DNA of 64,000 nucleotides from Candidatus Obscuribacterales bacterium (GCA_020634035.1 JACKCM010000007.1:42508-106507), one strand, 5' to 3'; positions 1 to 11,251 are shown, counted from the stretch's first letter. Notes: generated by a model from the sequence alone, not told the origin. Numbers and translations: made by a program.

Positions 1-14
1 TAATAGAGGAATAG

Positions 15-1388
15 ATGATGGTATCCAGGCAGGCGACAGAAATAGATAGAGAGCGGCTTCAGGCGCTCATCAAGGAAGAGCAGGCGATGTTTGTCGAGCG
101 TCATCCTCGCTCTAAAGAGCTTTTCGAGCGCGCCAAGTCTCATCTTATTGCCGGAGTTCCCATGAACTGGATGGTGAAGTGGGCGTCTCCTTATCCTGTC
201 TTTGTGGAGAGCGCTAGCGGCGCGCGTTTCAAAGATGTGGACGGTATCGACTATGTCGACCTTTGTCTGGGCGACACCGGCGCCATGACCGGACATTCGC
301 CGGCGGCTTCCACCGCGCGTATTAAAGAACAGCTTGATCGTGGTATCACCTGCATGCTGCCCACCGAAAACAGTCTCTATGTCGCAGAAGAATTGACCAG
401 AAGATTCGGCTTGCCTTACTGGCAGTTTGCGCTCACCGCCACCGATGCCAATCGCTTCTCGCTGCGGCTGGCGCGCCGGTTGACCGGACGTCCGTATGTA
501 CTTGTTTTCAACTGGTGCTACCATGGCACCGTTGACGAGTCATTCATAATATTGGAGGACGGCAAAGCCCGGGCTCGCCATGGCAACTGTGGACCTCAGA
601 TAGATCCTGTCCAGACCACAAAGGTGATTGAATTCAACGATATAGAGGCGTTGCGAAAGGCGCTTGCCCCGGGGGATGTAGCCTGTGTTCTGGCGGAGCC
701 TGTGATGACCAATATCGGCATCGTGCATCCTGAGCCCGGCTATCTGGATGCATTGAGGGAGATCACTAAAGAGACCGGCACTCTTCTGATACTGGACGAG
801 ACCCATACTATTTGCACCGGTCCTGGTGGCTATACCGGAAAGTATGGACTGAAGCCGGATATGCTCACCATAGGCAAGCCTATTGGTAGCGGCATCCCCG
901 GTGCTGCTTATGGTGTCACCGAAGAGCTGGCGAGAAAAATTCAAGAACAATCCAGTGTCGAGGTCTGCGATACATCGGGCATCGGCGGCACCCTGGCTGG
1001 TAACGCTCTTTCTATCGCTGCCATGCGAGCTACTTTAGAGGATGTTCTGACAGAAGAAGCCTATGAAAAGACCATTCCACTGTGTGACCGTTTTGTAGAA
1101 GGGGTTGAACAGGTCATCGAAGAGTATAAGCTGCCCTGGACTGTGCGTCAGCTTGGCTGTCGGGCCGAGTACTGGTTTTCGGAGCAGTCTCCGGTGAACG
1201 GTGGCGAAGCTGCCGCCGCCGGGGATTTTGAGCTGGATCAATACATGCATCTGGCTGCCCTCAACCGTGGTGTCTTGATGACACCATTCCATAATATGGC
1301 GCTGGTATCACCTGCCACCACGGCCGAAGACATTGACCGTCATACCCAAGCGTTTAGAGATTCGGTACAGAATCTGATTTCGAAGTAG
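15..1388 (+). CDS. class-III PLP-dependent aminotransferase (glutamate-1-semialdehyde aminomutase-like)
   Basis: 457-aa ORF with motifs DGIDYVDLCLGDTG, ILDETHT and GKPIGSGIPGAAYG typical of the class-III aminotransferase/GSA-aminomutase fold. Confidence 0.75.
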   Translation: MMVSRQATEIDRERLQALIKEEQAMFVERHPRSKELFERAKSHLIAGVPMNWMVKWASPYPVFVESASGARFKDVDGIDYVDLCLGDTGAMTGHSPAASTARIKEQLDRGITCMLPTENSLYVAEELTRRFGLPYWQFALTATDANRFSLRLARRLTGRPYVLVFNWCYHGTVDESFIILEDGKARARHGNCGPQIDPVQTTKVIEFNDIEALRKALAPGDVACVLAEPVMTNIGIVHPEPGYLDALREITKETGTLLILDETHTICTGPGGYTGKYGLKPDMLTIGKPIGSGIPGAAYGVTEELARKIQEQSSVEVCDTSGIGGTLAGNALSIAAMRATLEDVLTEEAYEKTIPLCDRFVEGVEQVIEEYKLPWTVRQLGCRAEYWFSEQSPVNGGEAAAAGDFELDQYMHLAALNRGVLMTPFHNMALVSPATTAEDIDRHTQAFRDSVQNLISK

Positions 1389-1466
1389 TAAACTTAATCA
1401 GCTAACTTAAACGATTTATTGAGTTGATTCGATCTCGAAAGTTCGATGATATGCACGGAGAAGTAA

Positions 1467-2159
1467 GTGAGTCTGTCAACAAATTGTTTTAATCTTCATA
1501 GGAACCCAGCAGTTCTATTCGTGTCTGCAGTGGTATTGGCTCTTTTTCTGATCTGTTGTAATCCAGGCGCAGAGGCAGCCGACAAGACCAGTGGTTCCGG
1601 CGCTCGCGCATCGGCATGGGCACCCTGCAATTCTGCCACCTGTTTGAAGCTCAGCCAATCGGGATGGATCTATCAAAATATGCCGGGCAAGCCGGAGTAT
1701 CTTATCTGGAAGAACTTTCAGTATAGAGACGGCAGCGGTCAGGGAGAATGCTGGAGTATCGATCATCTGGGCGAGTCCATTGATTATGTTGGCGGTCGTC
1801 CTCAAGATCGCGGCATGTGCTCTGTGTGTCGGGGCAAGCTTTATCTAGGCCAGCCGACCAAGGGCTTGCCAAAAGCTGCCGCCATCCCGGTGCATCCCTC
1901 TACATATAAGAAGGACAATCAGGTCGTTCTCGGGCGCTCCTGGACAAAGCTCTATGTCAATGCCGCAGCGCCAAGTGTTTATGCCTGGTATCTGCAGGCG
2001 CTTCCCAAGAGTGGATGGGCTGTGGTAGATAGAACCCGGGCTGCGGTGCGAGGCAGCAACTTCTTGGTCACTACCAATGGTGCCAAGTCGAAGTGGATGA
2101 GTTTTGCCCCCGGCGCCGGTGGCAGATGCGAATTAATTATGATGAGCCGTAGTTTTTGA
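1467..2159 (+). CDS. hypothetical secreted protein
   Basis: 230-aa ORF with a hydrophobic N-terminal signal-like segment (AVLFVSAVVLALFLICC) and Cys-rich mature part; no recognisable family. Confidence 0.4.
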   Translation: MSLSTNCFNLHRNPAVLFVSAVVLALFLICCNPGAEAADKTSGSGARASAWAPCNSATCLKLSQSGWIYQNMPGKPEYLIWKNFQYRDGSGQGECWSIDHLGESIDYVGGRPQDRGMCSVCRGKLYLGQPTKGLPKAAAIPVHPSTYKKDNQVVLGRSWTKLYVNAAAPSVYAWYLQALPKSGWAVVDRTRAAVRGSNFLVTTNGAKSKWMSFAPGAGGRCELIMMSRSF

Positions 2160-2179
2160 GTCTGTGTCTAACGCCTTCG

Positions 2180-3313
2180 TCAGCAGCTTCTCGCCGATTT
2201 TATGATTTTGCCGTGGTCTGCCCAGATCTTCCAGCCGTCAGGGTACTCGATGGCTGGCGTATGCGCGTCGGGGCTGTGCGGGTAGCCTTTGTCGTCAAAG
2301 TGGACTGCGACAGGCGGTCTGGCCACAATGACCAGATCGTTGTAGAGCCAGGCAAAAGTTCCAACATGATCTATCAATCTGGTTGCATCGTGTAGTGTAG
2401 TCGGGTAATAGCCATTTTTCTCTCCGTCGACTTCTTCTGCGATTGCCTTAGAGACGGTAAAGTCGAAAAACGATAAAGGGGCGGTGCGATGGAGGTTGTT
2501 CCATTCGATTCTACCTCTCATGTTCGTATAATGTCCGTTCTCTTGGCGCGGAACGAATCCATAGACCGGCGATATTTTCATACTAGTATGGACCATGTAT
2601 CGATAGCGCTTTCTGGTCAGTTCGACAATTTCAGCAAGCTTCTCTTCAAGACCGTTTTTGTGCGGTCTGTTATCGCTGCTTCGAAGTGATACCACCGCTT
2701 TGATCGCTTTGCCTGTACGTATTGTTGAATCAGGCTCAATGGTCGATTTGTATTCAAACTCATAGCTGACAAATTCGACATCCAGCTGACCCACAGGTAG
2801 CTTCATCGATTTTACGGTGGCATCCAGGGACTTGTTTATCATCGCCAAAGCCAGTTCATAGGGAAAGTCCCGGGCATCAATGTGCCCACGACTACGCGAG
2901 TCGTCTCTATCGTAGGAGAGATTCACAAGCGCCAGAGCCAATTGATTGGCGGTCTTCGGAGAATCGACTATTATCCATTCTTTCGTGGACGGCAACCTCT
3001 TGCGTTTGCCCTTGTAGACGTCGTTGAGAAAGTTTCTGAGGGCTTTTAGATCTAGAGGCTTCAGAAGGAGGTTGCGACAAACAGGGATCTTAGTAGCCTC
3101 GAAGCGCTTGTTATGAGCCAGGGCGTCTTCTTTCTGCCAGCGCAGAATTGCAAGGGCAATATCGTTTCTGGGACTCCTCGCAATTCTATTGAGCCCGGAA
3201 GGGTCGAGCTGTCTTTCTTTTTCAATCTGCGCCTCTAGTTTATAGCAAAGGTTTTCCAGACGAACCCGCAGTCCGTCTTTGAAGTCGCCTTGATAGAGTT
3301 CGTAGTAAATCAT
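2180..3313 (-). CDS. hypothetical protein
   Basis: 377-aa ORF, convergent with the preceding gene, no family recognised. Confidence 0.45.
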   Translation of the reverse strand: MIYYELYQGDFKDGLRVRLENLCYKLEAQIEKERQLDPSGLNRIARSPRNDIALAILRWQKEDALAHNKRFEATKIPVCRNLLLKPLDLKALRNFLNDVYKGKRKRLPSTKEWIIVDSPKTANQLALALVNLSYDRDDSRSRGHIDARDFPYELALAMINKSLDATVKSMKLPVGQLDVEFVSYEFEYKSTIEPDSTIRTGKAIKAVVSLRSSDNRPHKNGLEEKLAEIVELTRKRYRYMVHTSMKISPVYGFVPRQENGHYTNMRGRIEWNNLHRTAPLSFFDFTVSKAIAEEVDGEKNGYYPTTLHDATRLIDHVGTFAWLYNDLVIVARPPVAVHFDDKGYPHSPDAHTPAIEYPDGWKIWADHGKIIKSARSC

Positions 3314-3450
3314 CTATTATCACCGGCTTTTCCGATTTTAAGCGCGTCTTGAGATAGTGTCAATTTAATTCGAGAAGGGTATAATTTCCTGGTGCCTGCG
3401 GTGGCTGTAAAGGCTTAGTCCTGCTGACTATACGGACGGCAAGAGGTGCT

Positions 3451-6400
3451 ATGAAATTTAGAAAAAGTATCAATCTAGCCGCAGCCCTGGTAGTACTATG
3501 TCATCAGGTCTCTATTTCTGCTCTCGCTAGTGATTATTTACCAGCCAATACCGTAGCCGATTTGCGTCTGCAGCGAACTCGCTGCGTTACAATTGGCTTC
3601 CATCAGCCAATTCGCAATCGATCCATCGAGCAGATGCTGATCAGTATCGATGGAGAGAACCTGCGCAATTTCTCTTTCGACCAGATAAAGAAGAAGCTCG
3701 GTGGTCCATCGGGTTCTGTCGTCAAGGTTGAGTTCGCTCATCCGAATGGTGACATTGAAAGTGAAGAGATCTTGAGAGAGTTTCCAAAAAGCTGGGAGGA
3801 ACAGGCTAGTGTTGACTCGATAAGCATGATCGACAGGTTGTTCTCTCCAAATTCCTCAAGCCCCAATAACCTTCTTGAATATACTAACGAGAACACCGAT
3901 CTTATCGGAAAGCTTAAATGTGCTCAAGCGGTGGAAGTCAGTGAAAGTGACGGTAGAAATCGAACTGGCTTCCTGGTCAAGTGTATGTTACTCAGTCAAG
4001 CGGTTGGTGATTTCGATGCGGCAGAAGAATATCTGAAGTTGATCCTAGATTCACTGAAGAGCCAGTCAACCTCTAATTTAAGACAGGCTAATTCAATATA
4101 TCGAAGTGCCGTTGTAGTACAGAATCTGGTTGCTCTCGGCAAATCTGCAGAAGCCGAGGAGATTTGCAAATTTCTATCGGCATCGAGGTCCGCAGGACCC
4201 AAGCATCTTCCAGCAGACGTCGGATTGCTCGAAGCCTACTCTTTGATACCAACAAAATCGGCTCAGGCTGCGTGTCGTGAACTGGCGAAGAGAATTATTT
4301 CTGAGAATAGAGCCAATAAAAAAAATGCATTTTCTGAGAACGCGTTTTGGTTCGCCCAGTATCTGGAGTCTCAGGGCTGGTATAAAGAGGCTATAGATAT
4401 TTATTCTAAGGAATATGATGCTCTCAAGGCGCGACCAACCTATATAGATTTGGCTGGACCTCAGCTTCAAGGTTTTTGTCTATATTCCAGAGCCAGGCTG
4501 GAAGCTATAGTAGGAAGAAAGGAGCAGGCCAAAAAGGACCTTCAGGAAATCCTACGAACATACAACGCCTTGCTTCCCAAACAGAAAGAGCTGTTGAGTC
4601 GATTGCCCGAGTTTTTTCCCAATTTCACCGATATCGAGAAAGCCAGAAATGCTCTCAGTCGTTCTGCCACAGCTATCGTAGAGCCTCCACGATTAAGGAG
4701 CTATTTAAGTCAGGACCCGTATTTAAATGAGGATGCTTCAGCCTATCGACTGCAATTTCCTCAGGCTCTCAACTGCTTTGCATTACTCAAAGAGAATGAT
4801 CAGAAGGGGGCAATGGCAGTCGCTGATAAGCTGATAGACGCATACAGAGAAAGTATCACAGCCGCGCCTTTTCTTTATGTTCGCCAGAATTTGTTCTGTA
4901 CTTGCTTGCGGATTATCAGGGCTTTTACCGATAGAGGTTGGTATGATTCTTCGGAAAGACTCTTGTCGGAACTGGAGACTGTCGCCAAGAAGAGATCGCC
5001 GAGGCTCTCGCCTAACAATGTGGCCTGGACTATGATCGCTGCGGAGCGGGCCTATTGCTCTCATCTGGCCAGACCTAAGGACATTCCTGACTGGTCTTTC
5101 TTGCAGAACACCATATCTGATGATGCGAGAAGACGAAGACCGAATACATCTCTGGCTCATCGGCTGCGAGAGCTGGCTCTGGCCTATGCTGGTGCAGATG
5201 AGCTGGAACGAGCAAAATATTTCATTGACCAAGCGATGAATGAGTTGAATTCAACAGTCAGCACAAACCTCAATCTTGAGCTATCGAAGCTTCCATCCGA
5301 TTGTAACGCAGCTGTATTTTTCGATGCGGCATACATATATGCCAAGTCTGGTGAATTTAGTAAAGCTGACAAATACCTTGAGCAAGCTTTCAAGCTTCCA
5401 TGCAAAGTAGACGGTAGTTTATCGGCACTTCTCTCATCTTTAGCCACTGTATATAGTGATAGTGGACTTGCGCATAGAGCGATATATATTCTCGAGAAGG
5501 TCGAAGAGAAGTTTCCCTCACGAATGGATAGAATTGATGGTGAAAACGCTCATATAAAACTCGTGAAATTTTATCGACAGAGCCGACAGCCTGCTAAAGC
5601 CCTTCGTTTGGTCAAGCGTATAATCAGCGATTCTAGAGGTTCTCCCAATGTCGAAGTCAGTCGTCTGATGGCTGAACTCAGCGAGGAGATGGGTCAGTAT
5701 TCCGATGCGGCTAATTACTATTATGAGGCTGGCAGGTTTTACGACACTTTTGCTCAGTCAGAGAGAGAGCGGCTTTTGAAGAATGCGCTTCGATGCGCTG
5801 TTCTGGTTCCCGGATATGACAGGTCCCGGCTGTCCAAGGTATATGTCGCTCTTGCCGATTTGCCCAGTGGAAACAATCTCAGCAGATCTCTTGCCTATCG
5901 CAAGAAAGCAGTTGAATTATTGAGCGACACAGATCCGGAGAAAGCTAAACAACTTTCGACTGTCGGATATGTAGAAGAGTTGTTGGCCGAGTCACGGTTG
6001 AAATCAAGCAAGGCAAGTGCTGTTTCGAAAAAGAGGGACTATGACACAAGAATCGCCACTGCAAGAAAGGCCGCAGAACTTGCTTCTAAGAGTAAATCAA
6101 AGGATGCAAGCGACTACTGGTTGCGTCTTGCCTATGCAGAGGTTGAAGCTGGCAGAGTAGACGATGCTGTAGCCGATGCGCGCAGGGCAATTGCCGCCTA
6201 TGGTGCCGAGAATGCAAAATATCATTCACTGAGTACTTTTGTTCATCCGGGATTCTGTTTGAAGTTAGCGCATGCCGGTTATCCGGAGAAAGCGGAGTCT
6301 ATATTGAAAGAGGCAGACGCTAAAGTAGCTTCTGTCGCCGGTGAAGGCAGCATGCCGGCCCAGGCAGTGATGGCCAATCATTTTGAGTATTTGGTTAGAG

Positions 6401-6927
6401 TCAAAGATTACACCAGGGCGGAGAAAGTACTCAAGTCATTTTTGAGAACTGACTTAAATCAAGGGCGATATGCGCCACCAAATCACGACTTGTATGTCTG
6501 TGGAGTTGGGCCTTATCCTATTCAGTCAAGCATGGACGCGGTAAAAAAGGTGCTTCAGGTTGCAAGGCAGATGGCAACTGTCAAAAGTGAAGCCGTTGTC
6601 GCATTGCGTTTTCTCAATGAGCTACTGGCGGTGGAGCTAGAGCAATTCAGCAAGGATGACTATCGAGTAGGTCTGACCTACAGTAACATTGCGCAGGTTC
6701 GTTTTGTCGCAGGCCAGAATCAAGAGTCCTATGAAGCTTTCGAAAAGGCTAAAGAGATTATGCACAAGTACGAGGGGATTATGTGGGTTCTGAGCAGTCT
6801 GGGTCCGGATTATTATAGTGTGCTTCGAAAGGTAGGAAAACAATCTGAGATTGAAAGGATGGAGAGCCTGAAACTAGAAGAGCAGCGGCAGCGACAGTTG
6901 CGTCATATGCGACCACGGCGAAACTAG
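3451..6927 (+). CDS. large secreted TPR/helical-repeat protein
   Basis: 1158-aa ORF with an N-terminal signal peptide (LAAALVVLCHQVSISALA) and a long alpha-helical repeat body with TPR-like character. Confidence 0.6.
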   Translation: MKFRKSINLAAALVVLCHQVSISALASDYLPANTVADLRLQRTRCVTIGFHQPIRNRSIEQMLISIDGENLRNFSFDQIKKKLGGPSGSVVKVEFAHPNGDIESEEILREFPKSWEEQASVDSISMIDRLFSPNSSSPNNLLEYTNENTDLIGKLKCAQAVEVSESDGRNRTGFLVKCMLLSQAVGDFDAAEEYLKLILDSLKSQSTSNLRQANSIYRSAVVVQNLVALGKSAEAEEICKFLSASRSAGPKHLPADVGLLEAYSLIPTKSAQAACRELAKRIISENRANKKNAFSENAFWFAQYLESQGWYKEAIDIYSKEYDALKARPTYIDLAGPQLQGFCLYSRARLEAIVGRKEQAKKDLQEILRTYNALLPKQKELLSRLPEFFPNFTDIEKARNALSRSATAIVEPPRLRSYLSQDPYLNEDASAYRLQFPQALNCFALLKENDQKGAMAVADKLIDAYRESITAAPFLYVRQNLFCTCLRIIRAFTDRGWYDSSERLLSELETVAKKRSPRLSPNNVAWTMIAAERAYCSHLARPKDIPDWSFLQNTISDDARRRRPNTSLAHRLRELALAYAGADELERAKYFIDQAMNELNSTVSTNLNLELSKLPSDCNAAVFFDAAYIYAKSGEFSKADKYLEQAFKLPCKVDGSLSALLSSLATVYSDSGLAHRAIYILEKVEEKFPSRMDRIDGENAHIKLVKFYRQSRQPAKALRLVKRIISDSRGSPNVEVSRLMAELSEEMGQYSDAANYYYEAGRFYDTFAQSERERLLKNALRCAVLVPGYDRSRLSKVYVALADLPSGNNLSRSLAYRKKAVELLSDTDPEKAKQLSTVGYVEELLAESRLKSSKASAVSKKRDYDTRIATARKAAELASKSKSKDASDYWLRLAYAEVEAGRVDDAVADARRAIAAYGAENAKYHSLSTFVHPGFCLKLAHAGYPEKAESILKEADAKVASVAGEGSMPAQAVMANHFEYLVRVKDYTRAEKVLKSFLRTDLNQGRYAPPNHDLYVCGVGPYPIQSSMDAVKKVLQVARQMATVKSEAVVALRFLNELLAVELEQFSKDDYRVGLTYSNIAQVRFVAGQNQESYEAFEKAKEIMHKYEGIMWVLSSLGPDYYSVLRKVGKQSEIERMESLKLEEQRQRQLRHMRPRRN

Positions 6928-7385
6928 TTGTTGAAAGGATCGTATTCCGGGCTTTCCCAGCCATTGATCGCACCGAATACACTCAGCAAGAAGGGAGCCG
7001 TGGTGCAGAACATCAGGATGATCACCGACATGGACCAGCCTTTTTCAACCACTGCTTCGGCAGGATTTTTCGGATTATAAAAGATGGTTATGCTGCGCCC
7101 GATCTCGGGGTCGACTCCGTTGTATCTGGTCTTGCTTGCTCCCGGGCGAAAGTTTGTTTCCAGACCGACTTTGTGCGCTAGCAAATCAACTGCGGTCTGG
7201 TTCGAAGTGGTGTAGGTCCCTTTGCCGACGTTGAATAAAATCAAACGATGGTCGACCTCATTCTCCCTGATCACTCCGTTAGCAGGAATCCAATTCTCTG
7301 TGTCGCTGACCAGCTTGGCCAGTACTACAGAGCTGGCGATACAAACGACGGCGACGATGGTTAGAAGGAATGGCATGAAGATCAC
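6924..7385 (-). CDS. small membrane protein (two TM segments, DUF3592-like)
   Basis: 153-aa ORF with hydrophobic N- and C-terminal helices. Confidence 0.4.
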   Translation of the reverse strand: MIFMPFLLTIVAVVCIASSVVLAKLVSDTENWIPANGVIRENEVDHRLILFNVGKGTYTTSNQTAVDLLAHKVGLETNFRPGASKTRYNGVDPEIGRSITIFYNPKNPAEAVVEKGWSMSVIILMFCTTAPFLLSVFGAINGWESPEYDPFNN

Positions 7386-7468
7386 TTGGAAGGTGTCAGT
7401 TCTTTTAGTGTAAGGCTGCCGAAGGGAGCGGTCAACTTGAAAAGCATTACAAAGGAATATATAAGACC

Positions 7469-7524
7469 TGATTTCTTCCCTTGTATGGGTCTTTCTGAAG
7501 TGGCAAGGGGGTCTTGACGCTTTG
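7469..7524. repeat. direct repeat copy A (~57 bp, ~85% identical to 12854-12908)
   Basis: tgatttcttccctt...tttctgaag..caagggggtcttgacgcttt is seen again at 12854; the two copies bracket the SNF2+AbiE segment. Confidence 0.7.
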
Positions 7525-7642
7525 TTTTATTGAGACCTATGCGGGGCTTGTGTTTGTTTTCGGCTCTGGTACATTCGAAAAGAAACTGTTTCTTTTTACC
7601 CCGGCGAGTCTGTGCAGGCTCCCGGAAGCGAGGCGATCTCAA

Positions 7643-10600
7643 ATGCAGGAAGTCTTGCCGAGTACTTTAATTATGCTACAGCGGATCTTCGATGAGGAGA
7701 CCATTCGCCTTGCGCTTGCTCTAGCAAGAGAAGAGGTCGATCTGAAGATCGAGTATTTTGTCGAGAGCGGAGATCTGCTATATGGACAGCTCATCTGCAA
7801 TAGTCTCATTTTGGCGTCCACCTGTATTCACTTCAATAGTCTACCTTCGATTATTTGTTGTATCGAGTGTTCTTGTACTAAAGGAGGAGCTTGCCAGCAT
7901 AGCGCTCTGGCCCTGGGTAGTTATCTAGATTCATTGGACTTCGATAGACCTCACAGTCTGGCGTTTGGATCTCTTGGTGCGGCTTGTTCAAGGCGGTCGA
8001 TATCTGGGCGGGACGTTGTCGGTAACTCTTCGGAGGATTCGCAAGAGTTATCCTGCAGTCCGATTCTGCCTGGTATGATCGCCATGGGTCAAACCGCAGA
8101 GCAGACCTATTCTAATCTCTCATTTGCCTTTGAGAAATTGAGAGAGGCTGGGATTTGCAGTGTTGATACCAGAGACAATGGCATCGTTCAATCGAATATA
8201 GACATTAATGAATTAACTATCGATGACGAAAAGCTGATTTATATAGTCGAGACGCGTAAGCGTCGCATCAATTCTCCTGATTTGACCGCGTTTGCGGTCA
8301 GGGTTCATAAGAATGGCAGGCTCGGGCGAAAAAGGGCGATCAGTTTTGGAGAGGTCGAGACGCTGGCAGCCCAGAGTGATCTGCCTCTGGATTATGCCAT
8401 CGGTTCGCTCAAGAAAGGAATTGAACAGTGGGAGCTAAACAGAGCCTATTCTTATCACGAGTTTCCGGATGATTACCACGATGTCTTCAAGCTTCTCATG
8501 ACTCGTATCCTCAAGACCGGACGATGTTTCCTGGGATGTAGAGATGGACCACTTCTACATCTTGGGCGTGAGTTACCCGGACGTTTCCAGTGGCAGGAAG
8601 TATACCGCAATACATATAAGTTGGCTCTGGTGGCTGTCGATGGTAAAAGGACGATCCCGGTGATGCCGTGGTGTTGTCCCTGGTATCGTGATGCTTACAC
8701 TGGCCGGTTTGGACCGGTTGATATTCCCGGGGCAGAGTTTCTCCACTCTAGAGTTCTTGAGCTCAATCCTCTCGATGGTCGTGACGCGACCGCCTTTGCG
8801 GTCCGGTTGGCTCGAAGTGGTCTCAGTAAGTATATTTCTCTTCCTCCGTCCCCGAGTCCTAAAATCGAGTTAAAACTGGTAGATAGAAAACCTGTTCTCA
8901 ATACAAGTTATTTGCCTGCCCTCCCCGGCAGCAGCGAGGGCAAGAGTTCGGATGATAATAGCTGTTCTGTTTTGCACCTCAGCTATCCATCGATGGCGCT
9001 TACAGACAGGGTCTACTATGACAAAAAGGGCAGAAAAATAGTCGAGGTTCAGGACAGAGCTTACAGAGATACTCAGCTTCAAATGATCAGAGATTTGGGC
9101 TTTGTCGATATTACAGACAAAGTTGAGGGTGCTGATGAGGACGAGCATTTCTTCTGTGCGAGCAGTCCTGATAGTTGGGACGAGTTAAACGAACATGCGC
9201 TGGCGTGCTTGAGCGATGGAGGCATCGATATTGAAGAAGGCTTCTTGAATACGGTAAAACCTGTGGTGCTGGACGAGGGGGATATTACTTTCGAGGTCGA
9301 TGAGTCGAGTGGGCTCTCCTGGTGGTTTTCGCTAGTGGCTTTCATTAACGTAGGAGATAGAAAGATCCCGCTAATGCCGGTGGTCAAAAGTGCCCTCGAT
9401 AAGCTTCCTGTGATTTCGCAGCAATCTGTTGATGCTTTGAATCGGGATGGTCGTTTTTACGCCAGTCTCGAAGATGGCACCAGAATCAGCATGCCCTTTG
9501 CCAGAATCAAGGCTATTCTAGAAGCACTACAAGAGCTGCTGAGTGATCATGGTATGGGGATGTCTGCGGTTCAGGCGGCTAATTTGTTTCTGGATGAAGG
9601 TCTGGATCGTGCTGTCTGGCTCAATGCCGATAAGCTGAAGCAGACAGCTTTGATTCTCAAAGAGTTGTGTGAGCTCGAGGGCAAGGCGCCGCCTGTGGTG
9701 CCGGATATTTTTAAGGGCAAGCTCAGACCATATCAGCTTATCGGTTTGCAGTGGTTGCAGATTCTTTCTGCAGCAGGCATGGGCGGGATTCTTGCCGATG
9801 ACATGGGACTGGGTAAGACCATCCAACTTATTGCCCACATATGCAAAGAGAAAGTCGCAGGACGGTTGGAAGGAGAGCCATTTCTTGTCATCTGTCCCAC
9901 CAGCGTGGTGCCTAATTGGCTAAGCGAGGTTCGCAATTTTGCCCCTAGTCTTTCTATTCATGTTCACAGTGGTCCCGCGCGTTCTAGAGAGGAGGGCGCC
10001 TTTGAAGGCGTCGATATTGTGCTCTCCAGTTACGCTTTGCTTTTGCGCGATCAAGCGTTGTTTACGTCAGTATCATGGTCCGGGGTGGCGCTGGACGAGG
10101 CTCAGTATATAAAAAATCCCCTGACCAAAGTTGCTAAGAGCGCCCGAGATCTGATTGCACGGTATAGATTTTGCCTCACCGGAACACCGGTAGAAAATCA
10201 CCTGGGAGAGCTCTGGTCTTTGTTTCATTTTTTGATGCCAGGAATTCTGGGCACAAAAAGGTGGTTCAACGCAAATATAAGAATTCCTGTTGAGAAGTTT
10301 CGGGATTATCGAATGTTGAAGGTGCTTTCGATGAGAATCAGACCTCTGGTACTGCGCCGCACCAAGCTAGAGGTCTTGCCGGAACTCCCCGAGAAAACCG
10401 AGATCATAAAGTTTGTGGACCTCGGGCCAGAGCAACTGGATCTGTATGAATCTGTCCGGCTCTCTTGCGAAGCTGAGATTCGAGCGGAGATTGAGAGCAA
10501 GGGCATTGCCGCCGCCCAGATTGTTATCATCAAATCGCTGCTTCAACTGAGGCAGGTCTGCTGTGATCCTCGAATCGTAAGAGTAGAAGCTGCCAGGTCA

Positions 10601-11134
10601 ACAAAAGAGAGCGCTAAGTTAACCGCTTTGATGGAAATGGTAGAGGAACTCCTTGGAGAAGGGCGGAGGATGCTTATCTTTTCTCAGTTTACGAGGATGC
10701 TTGATATTGTCGCCGATGAACTCGATAGTCGATCAGTCAGCTATGTGGAGCTGAGAGGTGCAACCATCGATAGGGTCACACCGGTGCGTCGCTTTCAAGA
10801 TGGTGAAGTGCCGGTGTTTTTGATCAGTCTCAAAGCTGGCGGTGTCGGTTTGAACCTTACCTCTGCCGATATTGTTATCCACTATGACCTGTGGTGGAAT
10901 CCTGCTGTGGAGTCCCAGGCGACTGACCGCGCCTATCGAATTGGTCAAGAGAAGCCGGTGTTTGTTTACAAGCTGGTGGCATACGGGACCATAGAGCAGA
11001 AATTGATGGTGTTGCAAGCAAAGAAACGAGAGCTTGCTCAAGGGATCTATGACGATCGGGGCAACGCCGACACGCACTTCTCTGAAGGGGATCTGGAGCA
11101 TCTTCTTGCGCCTATCCAAAGAGAAGATGAATAG
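7643..11134 (+). CDS. SWIM zinc-finger / SNF2-family helicase
   Basis: N-terminal SWIM-like CxC...CxH (CIECSCTKGGACQH). C-terminal SNF2 ATPase motifs (LRPYQLIGLQWL, DEAQYIKNP, helicase-C block VFLISLKAGGVGLNLT, QATDRAYRIGQ). The start at 7643 (MQEVLP) is preferred over the 7514 extension, which overlaps repeat A. Confidence 0.8.
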   Translation: MQEVLPSTLIMLQRIFDEETIRLALALAREEVDLKIEYFVESGDLLYGQLICNSLILASTCIHFNSLPSIICCIECSCTKGGACQHSALALGSYLDSLDFDRPHSLAFGSLGAACSRRSISGRDVVGNSSEDSQELSCSPILPGMIAMGQTAEQTYSNLSFAFEKLREAGICSVDTRDNGIVQSNIDINELTIDDEKLIYIVETRKRRINSPDLTAFAVRVHKNGRLGRKRAISFGEVETLAAQSDLPLDYAIGSLKKGIEQWELNRAYSYHEFPDDYHDVFKLLMTRILKTGRCFLGCRDGPLLHLGRELPGRFQWQEVYRNTYKLALVAVDGKRTIPVMPWCCPWYRDAYTGRFGPVDIPGAEFLHSRVLELNPLDGRDATAFAVRLARSGLSKYISLPPSPSPKIELKLVDRKPVLNTSYLPALPGSSEGKSSDDNSCSVLHLSYPSMALTDRVYYDKKGRKIVEVQDRAYRDTQLQMIRDLGFVDITDKVEGADEDEHFFCASSPDSWDELNEHALACLSDGGIDIEEGFLNTVKPVVLDEGDITFEVDESSGLSWWFSLVAFINVGDRKIPLMPVVKSALDKLPVISQQSVDALNRDGRFYASLEDGTRISMPFARIKAILEALQELLSDHGMGMSAVQAANLFLDEGLDRAVWLNADKLKQTALILKELCELEGKAPPVVPDIFKGKLRPYQLIGLQWLQILSAAGMGGILADDMGLGKTIQLIAHICKEKVAGRLEGEPFLVICPTSVVPNWLSEVRNFAPSLSIHVHSGPARSREEGAFEGVDIVLSSYALLLRDQALFTSVSWSGVALDEAQYIKNPLTKVAKSARDLIARYRFCLTGTPVENHLGELWSLFHFLMPGILGTKRWFNANIRIPVEKFRDYRMLKVLSMRIRPLVLRRTKLEVLPELPEKTEIIKFVDLGPEQLDLYESVRLSCEAEIRAEIESKGIAAAQIVIIKSLLQLRQVCCDPRIVRVEAARSTKESAKLTALMEMVEELLGEGRRMLIFSQFTRMLDIVADELDSRSVSYVELRGATIDRVTPVRRFQDGEVPVFLISLKAGGVGLNLTSADIVIHYDLWWNPAVESQATDRAYRIGQEKPVFVYKLVAYGTIEQKLMVLQAKKRELAQGIYDDRGNADTHFSEGDLEHLLAPIQREDE

Positions 11135-11251
11135 AGCGGGGGCCGATCCTAATTCTTCATATTAGATTGACCGAATCTTTGTACTGGTTTGGGTCTTGCC
11201 AATATGTTAGAAAAGATGCTATAGTAATCTAACAACAGAGAGGTATCTGAA

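Noticed and set aside
7514-7642. N-terminal extension of the SNF2 helicase ORF from 7514
   Set aside because: It overlaps the non-coding direct repeat A and has no helicase or SWIM similarity; the start at 7643 with an upstream purine-rich tract is more plausible.
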